Source: Nitriliruptorales bacterium
GTDB taxonomy: Bacteria; Actinomycetota; Nitriliruptoria; Nitriliruptorales; Nitriliruptoraceae
NCBI GenBank assembly: GCA_033722375.1
Contig: JAWVZB010000001.1
Span: 5,175 to 69,174 of the forward strand
DNA: 64,000 nt
Reading direction: 5' to 3'
Shown: piece by piece, positions 1-7,350 of the stretch
Numbering within the stretch: position 1 is the stretch's first letter
How the letters are laid out: each line of letters opens with the position of its first letter
Notes under the pieces: generated by a model
What the model was told of the DNA's origin: nothing
The model's database searches: none
The model's input: the letters and a program-made list of their open reading frames with translations, nothing else
Program-made: the position numbers and the translations under genes

Positions 1-1
1 G

Positions 2-373
2 GTGGCGGGTGTGATCGCCCTGATCATCGGGATCGTGACCATCGCCCGGACGGGGATCCCCGCCGAAGGCATCACCGATGCGACCACAGCCGTCGGCCCG
101 TTCGACCGCACCGCGCTCATGGGGCTGATCGAGATCGTCGTCGGGCTCGCGTTCATCGGTGCGGGGGCGGGGCGCAACAGCTCAGCGCTGTTCGCCCTGG
201 GACTCGTCTCCGGTGTCTTCGGCGTCGTCTGGCTGATCGAGCCCAACGCCTTCAACGACGCTCTCGGCGTGAACCGGGCGACCGCGTGGCTCTACCTGCT
301 CTTCGGGTTGGTGTCGTCGATCGTCGGCGGGTGGGCGAGCAACTACGAAGAACGCGTCGTCATCCGCCACTAG
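2..373 (+). CDS. hypothetical integral membrane protein (5-prime end may lie outside the window)
   Basis: ORF 2..373 with several hydrophobic helices (GVIALIIGIVTIA, LMGLIEIVVGLAFIGAGAG, LFALGLVSGVFGVVWLI, WLYLLFGLVSSIVGGW) and strong GC3 bias. No family recognised. Confidence 0.5.
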   Translation: MAGVIALIIGIVTIARTGIPAEGITDATTAVGPFDRTALMGLIEIVVGLAFIGAGAGRNSSALFALGLVSGVFGVVWLIEPNAFNDALGVNRATAWLYLLFGLVSSIVGGWASNYEERVVIRH

Positions 374-426
374 GGCGTGCGGACCACACCGTGGGGTGAC
401 ACGCGTGACCCCCGGAAGCCCGACGG

Positions 427-1365
427 TCAGGCTTGGCTGGTGATCTGATCGATCTCGCGGCGGTCGTCGGGAGGGAGTTCCCATCCGGCTGCGGCCACGT
501 TCGCGTGCACCTGGTCGGGCGTCGTCGCGCCGGCGATCACCGAGGCGACCACGTCGTCTGAGGCCAGCCACGAGATCGCGAGCTCCAACAGCGTGTGTCC
601 ACGCCTCTCCGCGAACGACTCGAGTTCAGCAGTCGTGCGGAGGTTCTCCTCGTTGAGGAACCGCTGCGCGCGTTCTCGGGGGATGGACCCGAGTCGCGTA
701 CCGGGGGGCGGTTCCTCGCCGAGCTCGTACTTGCCGGTCAGAACGCCAGAGGCGAGGGGGTAGTAGGGCAGCACCGCGAGGCCGTGACGACGGCAGGCGG
801 GGATCACCTCGTCCTCGACATCGCGGTGCAGCAGGTTCCAGTGGTTCTGCGCGGAGACGAACCGCGCGAGAGCGTGGTCGCGGGCCGCAGTCTCCGCCTC
901 GTCGATCTGGCGGCCGGAGAAGTTCGAGCACCCGATCTCTCGCACCTTGCCCGCGTGGACGAGCTCGTCGAGGGCTCCGAGTGTCTCCTCGATCGGGACG
1001 TCCTCGTCGGGCCGGTGGAGCTGGTAGAGGTCGATGTAGTCGGTCCCCAGGCGGCGCAGCGAGTCCTCCACGGCGGTCGTGATCCAGTCCGGGGAGGCGC
1101 CCTGACGGGCGGGATCGTCCCCCATCTGCAGCCCGAACTTGGTCGCGATGATCGCCTCGTCTCGTCGGTCACCGAGTGCCGCTCCGAGGATCTCCTCGGA
1201 GCGTCCCTCGCCGTACCGGTCCGCCGTGTCGAACAGCGTCACCCCGGCATCGAGGGCAGCCCGGACGACCCGCTCGCTCTCGGCGGCCTCGAGCCGGCCA
1301 CCGAGGTTGTTGCAGCCGAGTCCCACGATCGACACCGTGAGCGATCCGATCACCCGCTGTCGCAT
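427..1365 (-). CDS. aldo/keto reductase family oxidoreductase
   Basis: The C-terminal 312 aa of ORF 427..2058 carry AKR motifs (LGCNNLGG, FDTADRYGEGRSEEILG, IATKFG, YIDLYQLHRPD, IGCSNF). The ATG at 1365 follows the low-quality upstream run-on. It is divergent from the ligase gene. Confidence 0.9.
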   Translation of the reverse strand: MRQRVIGSLTVSIVGLGCNNLGGRLEAAESERVVRAALDAGVTLFDTADRYGEGRSEEILGAALGDRRDEAIIATKFGLQMGDDPARQGASPDWITTAVEDSLRRLGTDYIDLYQLHRPDEDVPIEETLGALDELVHAGKVREIGCSNFSGRQIDEAETAARDHALARFVSAQNHWNLLHRDVEDEVIPACRRHGLAVLPYYPLASGVLTGKYELGEEPPPGTRLGSIPRERAQRFLNEENLRTTAELESFAERRGHTLLELAISWLASDDVVASVIAGATTPDQVHANVAAAGWELPPDDRREIDQITSQA

Positions 1366-1422
1366 CTGTTCCTCCACTGGGACGTTGCCGCGTTGCCGGA
1401 CGACGTTAGGGTGGCGCTCGAC

Positions 1423-2454
1423 ATGTCGAGTTGGCCGTTCGATCCGCCCCTGGCGCCCATGGAGGCGCGCGTCCGCAAGACCCTCCCTGACGGCGCTTGG
1501 GCCTACGAGCCGAAGTGGGACGGGTTCCGTTGTCTCGCGTGGAGCGGGCCCGAGCCCCGTCTCGACAGCCGCAACGAGAAACCGTTGTTGCGGTACTTCC
1601 CGGAGCTCGAAACAGCGATCGACATGCTCCCCGAGGGGTCGGTGGTCGATGGAGAGGTCGTGATCGTGACGAGCGGGCGTCTCGATTTCGACGCCCTCCA
1701 GCTCCGGCTTCACCCGGCCGAGTCGCGGGTGGAGATGCTCGCCGAGCAGACCCCCGCCCGGCTCATCGCGTTCGATGTGCTCGCGGTGTCGGGGCGGGAC
1801 CTGCGGGAGGAACCGTTCGAAGCCCGTCGGGCGGAGCTCGAAGCGCTGTTCTCCGACCTCGACCCACCATGGCACCTCACGCCCTCGACCACCGACCGTG
1901 ACACCGCCGAGCGCTGGTTCGATCAGTTCGAAGCGGCGGGCTGTGACGGGCTCGTGGCCAAACGCCTCGACGGTCCCTACGAACTCGGTGAACGGGCGAT
2001 GGTGAAACTCAAGCACCGCCGCAGCGTCGACTGTGTCGTCGGGGGATACCGGGTCCACAAGGAGGGCGACCGGTTGGGCTCGTTGCTACTCGGGCTCTAC
2101 GACGACAACGGTGAACTGCACTTCATCGGGCACTGCTCGGGGTTCCCCGACCAGGACCGCATCGAACTCCTCGAACTACTGCAACAGCATCAGGTCGAGG
2201 ACAGCTTCGGCGAGAACGTCCGTCGCCCCGGTCAGGAGAGCCGCTGGTCCTCCGGCAAGGATCTGTCCTGGCACCCGGTCGCGCCGGGGCTCGTCGTGCA
2301 GGTCAGCTACGACCAGCTCACGGGCGACCGCTTCCGGCATGCCACGCGCTTCGAGCGGTGGCGCCCCGACAAGGATCCCACCGCCTGCACCATGGATCAG
2401 CTCGAGCGCCCCGAGGGGCCGAGTTTCGACGACGTCGTCGCCGCTGACGGCTGA
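1423..2454 (+). CDS. ATP-dependent DNA ligase, stand-alone LigC-like (ligase plus OB domain only)
   Basis: The in-frame ATG at 1423 (alternative GTG at 1411) gives 343 aa. Adenylation motif I is YEPKWDGFR, followed by VDGEVV, DGLVAKRLDGPYELGER and MVKLKHRRSVDCVVGG. The part of ORF 595..2454 upstream of 1411 is antisense to the AKR gene. Confidence 0.85.
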   Translation: MSSWPFDPPLAPMEARVRKTLPDGAWAYEPKWDGFRCLAWSGPEPRLDSRNEKPLLRYFPELETAIDMLPEGSVVDGEVVIVTSGRLDFDALQLRLHPAESRVEMLAEQTPARLIAFDVLAVSGRDLREEPFEARRAELEALFSDLDPPWHLTPSTTDRDTAERWFDQFEAAGCDGLVAKRLDGPYELGERAMVKLKHRRSVDCVVGGYRVHKEGDRLGSLLLGLYDDNGELHFIGHCSGFPDQDRIELLELLQQHQVEDSFGENVRRPGQESRWSSGKDLSWHPVAPGLVVQVSYDQLTGDRFRHATRFERWRPDKDPTACTMDQLERPEGPSFDDVVAADG

Positions 2455-2471
2455 AACCGGGGTCGACGCGC

Positions 2472-3464
2472 TCAGTCCTGTGGCTCGCGCGCACGCGACG
2501 GGTTCACCCTCGGGGGCTCGCCCGGTTGCTTCGGATAGTGAGGCGGCCACGGGGCGTCCCCGAGGCCACGCTCCTCGTCCGCGAGCACGCGCTCGAGCGT
2601 CCTGCCGAGGTCGTGGTGGTGGTCGTCGAGCGGGGCGTACAGATCACCGACCTCGCGGTAGCGCTCGGGGAAGCGATCCATCGGGAAGTCCTCGATCGCG
2701 ACCGCGTCGAGCTCGTCCCACGTGAAGGGAGCCGACACGAACCCCGTCTGGCGCACGCTGTAGGCGCTGGCGACGGTCTTGTCCCGAGCCGTCTGATTGA
2801 AGTCGATGAAGACACCGTCGCGCTGTTCCTTCCACCACTTCGAGGTCGCGACGGGGTTGCGGCGTTCCGCCTCACGGGCGATCGCGAGCGCCGCGCGCCG
2901 CACCTCGTGGAAGGTCCACCGTGGCTCGATCCGGACGTAGACGTGGATCCCCGTCGAGCCGGACGTCTTCGGGAAGCCGTGCAGCCCGTCCTCGTCGAGG
3001 ATCTCGCGCACCGTCGCGGCAACCGAGCGGACCTCGTCGAACCCGTGCCCGGGAGTGGGGTCGAGGTCGAGCCGCAGCTCGTCAGGATGGTCCGTGTCCT
3101 CTGCCCGGACCGGCCACGGATGCAGGTCGATGGCGTTGAGCTGGACCATCCGCACGATGTCCGCGGGCGTCCGCGGTACCCACATCGGGCCCGGCTGCGC
3201 CGAGGCGAACCGCACCCGGACCGTCTCGATGCCCGCGCGGGGCTTGGTGCGGCGGAGGTAGAAGGGGTCTTCTCCCACGCCCCGAGGCCATCGCTTGAGC
3301 TGACAGGGCCGCCCCACCACAGCTCGCAACGCGCCGTCGCCGCACGCCAGGTAGTGCTCGATGACGTCGTGCTTGGTCCAACCCTGCTCGGGGAAGAGGA
3401 CCTTGTCCGGGTGCGTGACCCGGACGGGCTCACCGGCGACCTCGAGGTGGATCTCGTCGGTCAC
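2472..3464 (-). CDS. primase-polymerase (LigD PolDom / Prim-PolC-like, archaeo-eukaryotic primase superfamily)
   Basis: 330-aa ORF with typical PolDom strings (VTHPDKVLFPE, LKRWPRGV, LDLDP, FPKTSGSTGIHVYVRI, DFNQTARDKTVASAYSVR). It is convergent with the ligase, with 17 nt between the stops. Confidence 0.85.
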   Translation of the reverse strand: MTDEIHLEVAGEPVRVTHPDKVLFPEQGWTKHDVIEHYLACGDGALRAVVGRPCQLKRWPRGVGEDPFYLRRTKPRAGIETVRVRFASAQPGPMWVPRTPADIVRMVQLNAIDLHPWPVRAEDTDHPDELRLDLDPTPGHGFDEVRSVAATVREILDEDGLHGFPKTSGSTGIHVYVRIEPRWTFHEVRRAALAIAREAERRNPVATSKWWKEQRDGVFIDFNQTARDKTVASAYSVRQTGFVSAPFTWDELDAVAIEDFPMDRFPERYREVGDLYAPLDDHHHDLGRTLERVLADEERGLGDAPWPPHYPKQPGEPPRVNPSRAREPQD

Positions 3465-3476
3465 CCGGGCACCGGA

Positions 3477-3770
3477 TCAGTTCGACGCGGGCTGTCGGCG
3501 CTGCTCGCGCTCGTGGTACTCGGTGAGTCGAGTGTGGAGCTTCGCGGCGCTCAGCTCGGCCTGCGGGTGGTGCTCGTCACGGCGGGCGATCCACAGCGGG
3601 CGATGCCCGGTCCAGGTCGCCGTCTCGTCCACCTCGATCTCCCAACCGGGGAACTCGGACTCGAGCCACTCGATCGCGTCCTTGACCGCTCGCTCCGCGC
3701 TGGGGGTCGTGGTCTCGGTCTCGCAGTCGGTCACGTCAGCTCCGTCGGTCTGTCTCAGCATCTGTCTCAA
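3477..3770 (-). CDS. hypothetical small acidic protein (97 aa) upstream of the primase-polymerase
   Basis: High GC3 across the whole ORF. Its stop lies 12 nt before the primase-polymerase start, on the same strand. No recognisable domain. An alternative start is the second Met (MLRQ). Confidence 0.5.
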   Translation of the reverse strand: MRQMLRQTDGADVTDCETETTTPSAERAVKDAIEWLESEFPGWEIEVDETATWTGHRPLWIARRDEHHPQAELSAAKLHTRLTEYHEREQRRQPASN

Positions 3771-4004
3771 CGCCGGAAGACGCCCTCATCTTCCTCGTCA
3801 ACGACGGTACCGAGGCCGTGTGTCACGGCCCACTGTTCGGCCGGCGAGGCAGGGGAAACCGGGTGGAACGGAGAAGTAGAGACACGACGGAACGCGTGGC
3901 CGACCGAACACGTCATCGATGTGCAACCAGCGCACGTTTCGGCGTACCGTCAGATCACGAACCATCCCTTCCACCAGCCCGGAATCGCACACAGGAGTCC
4001 CACC

Positions 4005-5795
4005 GTGCAGGAGTACACGACGGCAGGTCCGATCGAGCTACAGGACGACGACCATCTCGTCCAGCCGCTCATCGCGCACGCCGATGACCGGCCCCACGCC
4101 CCGCTCCTCTCCTACCGCGACGGTGATCGGTTCGTCGATCTCACGACGTCGGACGTGTGGAACCGCGTCCAGGCACTCGCGAAGGGGCTCATCGCCATCG
4201 GCATCGAACCCAAACAACGGGTCTCGATCATGAGCCACACCCGGCTCGAATGGGTGCTCATGGACTACGCGATCCTGGCCGCAGGTGGCGTCACGGTCCC
4301 GATCTACGAGACCTCCTCGACCGAGCAGATCGAGTGGATCATCTCCGACTCGGGCGCCCGGGCGGTCGTGTTCGAGGACAGCGCTCTCAAGGCGAAGTTC
4401 GACGAGGTCGCCGACGGGCTCGACGACTGCGAGCACACGTTCGTCATCGAGGAGGGCGGGCTCGAAGCGCTCATCGAGGCCGGCAAGGACGTGGACGACG
4501 CGACGCTGGACGAGCGGCTCGAGAACATCTCGACCGACGATCTCGCGACCATCATCTACACGTCCGGGACGACTGGGCGCCCCAAGGGGTGTCTCCTGAC
4601 CCACCACAACCTCCGCAGCAACGTGCTGAACACGGTGCAGCTCATCCAGGAGATGATCACCAAGGACGACAGCCAACTGCTGTTCCTGCCGTTGGCGCAC
4701 TCGTTCGCGAAGATCCTGCTGCTGTCCTCGATCGAGCAGGGCGCCAAGGTCGGTTTCAACACCGAGATGGACAAGCTCACCGAAGAGATGCCGATGTTCG
4801 AGCCGACCTACCTGGCGGCGGTTCCGCGGATCTTCGAGAAGGTCTTCACCGCTGCCCAGCAGCGAGCGGCAGCGGACGGCAAGGGCAAGATCTTCGACAA
4901 GGCTGCCGAGGTCGCCGAGCAGTACTCACGCGAGGAACGCTCTGGCACGGTCAGCCTCAAGACCAAGACGCAGCACTTCGTCTTCGACAAGCTCGTCTAC
5001 GGCAAGCTCCGCGACGTGTTCGGTGGTCAGCTCAAGGCCTCGAACTCCGGCGGTGGCCCCCTCGGTGAGCGCCTCGCTCACTTCTTCAACGGCATCGGGG
5101 TCCAGGTCTACGAGGGCTACGGCCTGACCGAGACCAGCCCCGTCCTGACCTCCAACCGGCCCGATGCGTGGAAGATCGGCACCGTCGGCCAGCCCATCCC
5201 GGGCACCACCATCAAGATCGCCGATGACGGCGAGGTCCTCGCGAAGGGCCCCCAGATCTTCCAGGGCTACTACAACAACGAGGAGGCCACGAGCGAAGCC
5301 ATCGACGACGATGGCTGGTTCCACACCGGTGACATCGGCGAGCTCGACGACGACGGCTTCCTCAAGATCACCGGCCGCAAGAAGGAGATCATCGTCACCG
5401 CGGCGGGCAAGAACGTCGCCCCGGCGGTGCTCGAGGACCGCATCAAGCGTCACCGGCTCGTCAGCCAGGCGATGGTCGTGGGCGACAACCGGAAGTTCAT
5501 CGGGGCGCTCGTCACGATCGACGAGGAGACCTTCCCCCAGTGGGCCGAGGAGCACGGCAAGACCGGCAAGTCGGTCGCCGACCTCACCCAGGACGAGGAG
5601 CTCCGCGCCGAGGTGCAGCAAGCCATCGACGACGCCAACCAGGCCGTGTCGCGTGCCGAGTCGGTCCGCGAGTTCCGCATCCTCCCACAGGACTTCACCG
5701 TCGAGGGCGGCGAGCTCACGCCCACACTGAAGGTCAAGCGTCGCGTCGTCGAAGACCGCTATTCCGAGCACATCGACGATATCTACAGCGGGTAG
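4005..5795 (+). CDS. long-chain fatty-acid--CoA ligase (AMP-dependent synthetase)
   Basis: GTG at 4005 with AGGAG 7 nt upstream. AMP-binding motifs are YTSGTTGRPKG, YEGYGLTETSP, GWFHTGDIGELDDDGFLKITGRKKE and LTPTLKVKRR. The rest of ORF 2526..5795 upstream is antisense run-on. Confidence 0.9.
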   Translation: MQEYTTAGPIELQDDDHLVQPLIAHADDRPHAPLLSYRDGDRFVDLTTSDVWNRVQALAKGLIAIGIEPKQRVSIMSHTRLEWVLMDYAILAAGGVTVPIYETSSTEQIEWIISDSGARAVVFEDSALKAKFDEVADGLDDCEHTFVIEEGGLEALIEAGKDVDDATLDERLENISTDDLATIIYTSGTTGRPKGCLLTHHNLRSNVLNTVQLIQEMITKDDSQLLFLPLAHSFAKILLLSSIEQGAKVGFNTEMDKLTEEMPMFEPTYLAAVPRIFEKVFTAAQQRAAADGKGKIFDKAAEVAEQYSREERSGTVSLKTKTQHFVFDKLVYGKLRDVFGGQLKASNSGGGPLGERLAHFFNGIGVQVYEGYGLTETSPVLTSNRPDAWKIGTVGQPIPGTTIKIADDGEVLAKGPQIFQGYYNNEEATSEAIDDDGWFHTGDIGELDDDGFLKITGRKKEIIVTAAGKNVAPAVLEDRIKRHRLVSQAMVVGDNRKFIGALVTIDEETFPQWAEEHGKTGKSVADLTQDEELRAEVQQAIDDANQAVSRAESVREFRILPQDFTVEGGELTPTLKVKRRVVEDRYSEHIDDIYSG

Positions 5796-5807
5796 TCGCT
5801 GCCATCC

Positions 5808-6158
5808 TCAGGCGACGTCGAACACGAACGCGAGCACGAACCAGGCCGACGGGGCGTAGCTCACGATCGCGAGGCCCTGGAGGAGGCGCGTACGGAACCG
5901 GGATCGCGGCCACCGCGCACGGGTGAGTGCGGTGATCGCTGCGATCACACCCCAGATCAGCAGCAGCCCCCCGCTGTAGACGACGAGCACGGCGAAGAAC
6001 AGGCAGGACATGCCCTCGCAGTTCCATGGCAGCAGGTTGCCCTCGAGCTGACCGAGGACGATGCCGGTGAGGAACAGAGCGGGGGCGGCCAGCGCCCCGA
6101 CCACCGTGGCCCGCCAGTCGGGGTCGAGCGCGGCGAACCAGTCTCTTACCCCCCGCAT
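5808..6158 (-). CDS. hypothetical membrane protein (about 116 aa, 3 predicted TM helices)
   Basis: ATG at 6158 with AGGAG 9 nt upstream. High GC3 and hydrophobic segments (VVGALAAPALFLTGIVLG, CLFFAVLVVYSGGLLLIWGVIAAITAL, VSYAPSAWFVLAFVF). It is convergent with the acyl-CoA ligase. Confidence 0.55.
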   Translation of the reverse strand: MRGVRDWFAALDPDWRATVVGALAAPALFLTGIVLGQLEGNLLPWNCEGMSCLFFAVLVVYSGGLLLIWGVIAAITALTRARWPRSRFRTRLLQGLAIVSYAPSAWFVLAFVFDVA

Positions 6159-6531
6159 CGCACGAGTCTCCTGTGCTGGTCGTGCGTCACCCCGACGTGG
6201 TGCAGAGCCCGGGGCTGGCTCGCGGTCTCCGGCGCTGTCCGGATCCGCTCTGGCGGTCGCCGCTTCGTCGGCTGCTTCGCGGCCGATAGGTCCCCGACGC
6301 GTCCTCACACGATGAACCGTGGCGCCGGAGAGTGTGGTCGGCGTAGACCGCGCGCTCCTGCGGGCTCTGCAGGACCATCATGCCACAGGCCAGGCAGAAA
6401 TGGAAGGGTCCACGACGACTCGACGTTTCTCGTGCCGTGAGCGGTCGCCGCTACGGTGCTCCTGATGGAGGAACCCCCTGGAGCTCGAGGGAGCAGCCGT
6501 CCAGGGTGTCGCGCCGAGTGGTGAGGTTCTC

Positions 6532-7344
6532 GTGGCAGAGCGCGTCACGATCGTGTGGGTGCACGGAGGCGGCTGCGATGGCTGCACTATGTCGGTTCTC
6601 GGGGCGACCTCCCCGCGGCTCGAGGAGCTCGTCAGTGGCCGCTTGACCCGCTCGGAGATCAGCGTGGTGCACCCGCACCTCGTCGTCGAGGCGGGGGACG
6701 CCTACGTCGCGGCGCTCGACGCTGCTCGGCACGGACAATCGGACCCCTACGTCCTCGTGGTCGAAGGTTCGATGTTCGACGAGGCCCTGGCCGGGGCGGG
6801 AACGTTCTCGCGTCTCGGACAGCGCGACGGGGTGCCCGTCACCGTTGAGCAGTGGGTCAGCGACCTGGCGCCCGGGGCGGCAGCGGTGGTGGCGATCGGG
6901 ACGTGCGCCACCTGGGGCGGCATCCCGGCGGCCCGCGGCAACGTGACAGGGGCAGGCGGTGTCGACCAGGTGCTCGGTGCCGACTACGAGAGCGCGACGG
7001 GTCTCCCGATCGTCAACGTGCCAGGCTGCGCCCCGAGCGGGGATGCGTTCCTCGAGACGATCCACTACCTGCTGCTCCACTTCGAGGGAGCGGTGCCGTT
7101 CGACATGGACGAGCTCGGTCGCCCGCGGTGGCTCTACGCCGACGAGACGCCACTGCGGCGGCCACGGCTCCCCGGGATCGCCCGCGAGCCGGACGACGAG
7201 CTCACCGCTGCCTGTCCCGTCCCACAGCGGGGGTGGATCAACCGCCTGGGAGGTTGCGCGAGCGTGGGTGGCGACTGCAACGGGTGTACCCGCCCCGATT
7301 TCCCTGACCGCACGCTGCCACTCGTCGCCGTGACCCGGGACTGA
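6532..7344 (+). CDS. [NiFe]-hydrogenase small subunit, short form without Tat signal
   Basis: Contains VWVHGGGCDGCTMS (CxxC of the proximal cluster), IGTCATWGG, VPGCAPSG and the C-terminal WINRLGGCASVGGDCNGCTRPDF. GTG start with GAGG 5 nt upstream. The stop is 6 nt before the large-subunit gene. Confidence 0.85.
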   Translation: MAERVTIVWVHGGGCDGCTMSVLGATSPRLEELVSGRLTRSEISVVHPHLVVEAGDAYVAALDAARHGQSDPYVLVVEGSMFDEALAGAGTFSRLGQRDGVPVTVEQWVSDLAPGAAAVVAIGTCATWGGIPAARGNVTGAGGVDQVLGADYESATGLPIVNVPGCAPSGDAFLETIHYLLLHFEGAVPFDMDELGRPRWLYADETPLRRPRLPGIAREPDDELTAACPVPQRGWINRLGGCASVGGDCNGCTRPDFPDRTLPLVAVTRD

Positions 7345-7350
7345 TCGGCC

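Noticed and set aside
427-2454. Long N-terminal extensions of ORFs 427..2058(-) and 595..2454(+), which overlap each other for more than 1 kb.
   Set aside because: Recognisable domains begin only at 1365 (AKR) and 1423 (ligase). The extensions are each antisense to the other gene and have shadow-ORF composition. The same logic trimmed 2526..5795, 27801..30182, 28197..30650, 20199..22871, 26109..27767, 35444..36703, 36316..37989, 36864..39017, 47546..49510, 50564..51703, 53237..53947, 55981..57411 and 61592..63778.
6159-6308. A 50-aa N-terminal extension of the small membrane protein (ORF 5808..6308).
   Set aside because: The extension is Arg/Ala/Pro-rich and non-hydrophobic. The internal ATG at 6158 has an AGGAG site at good spacing.
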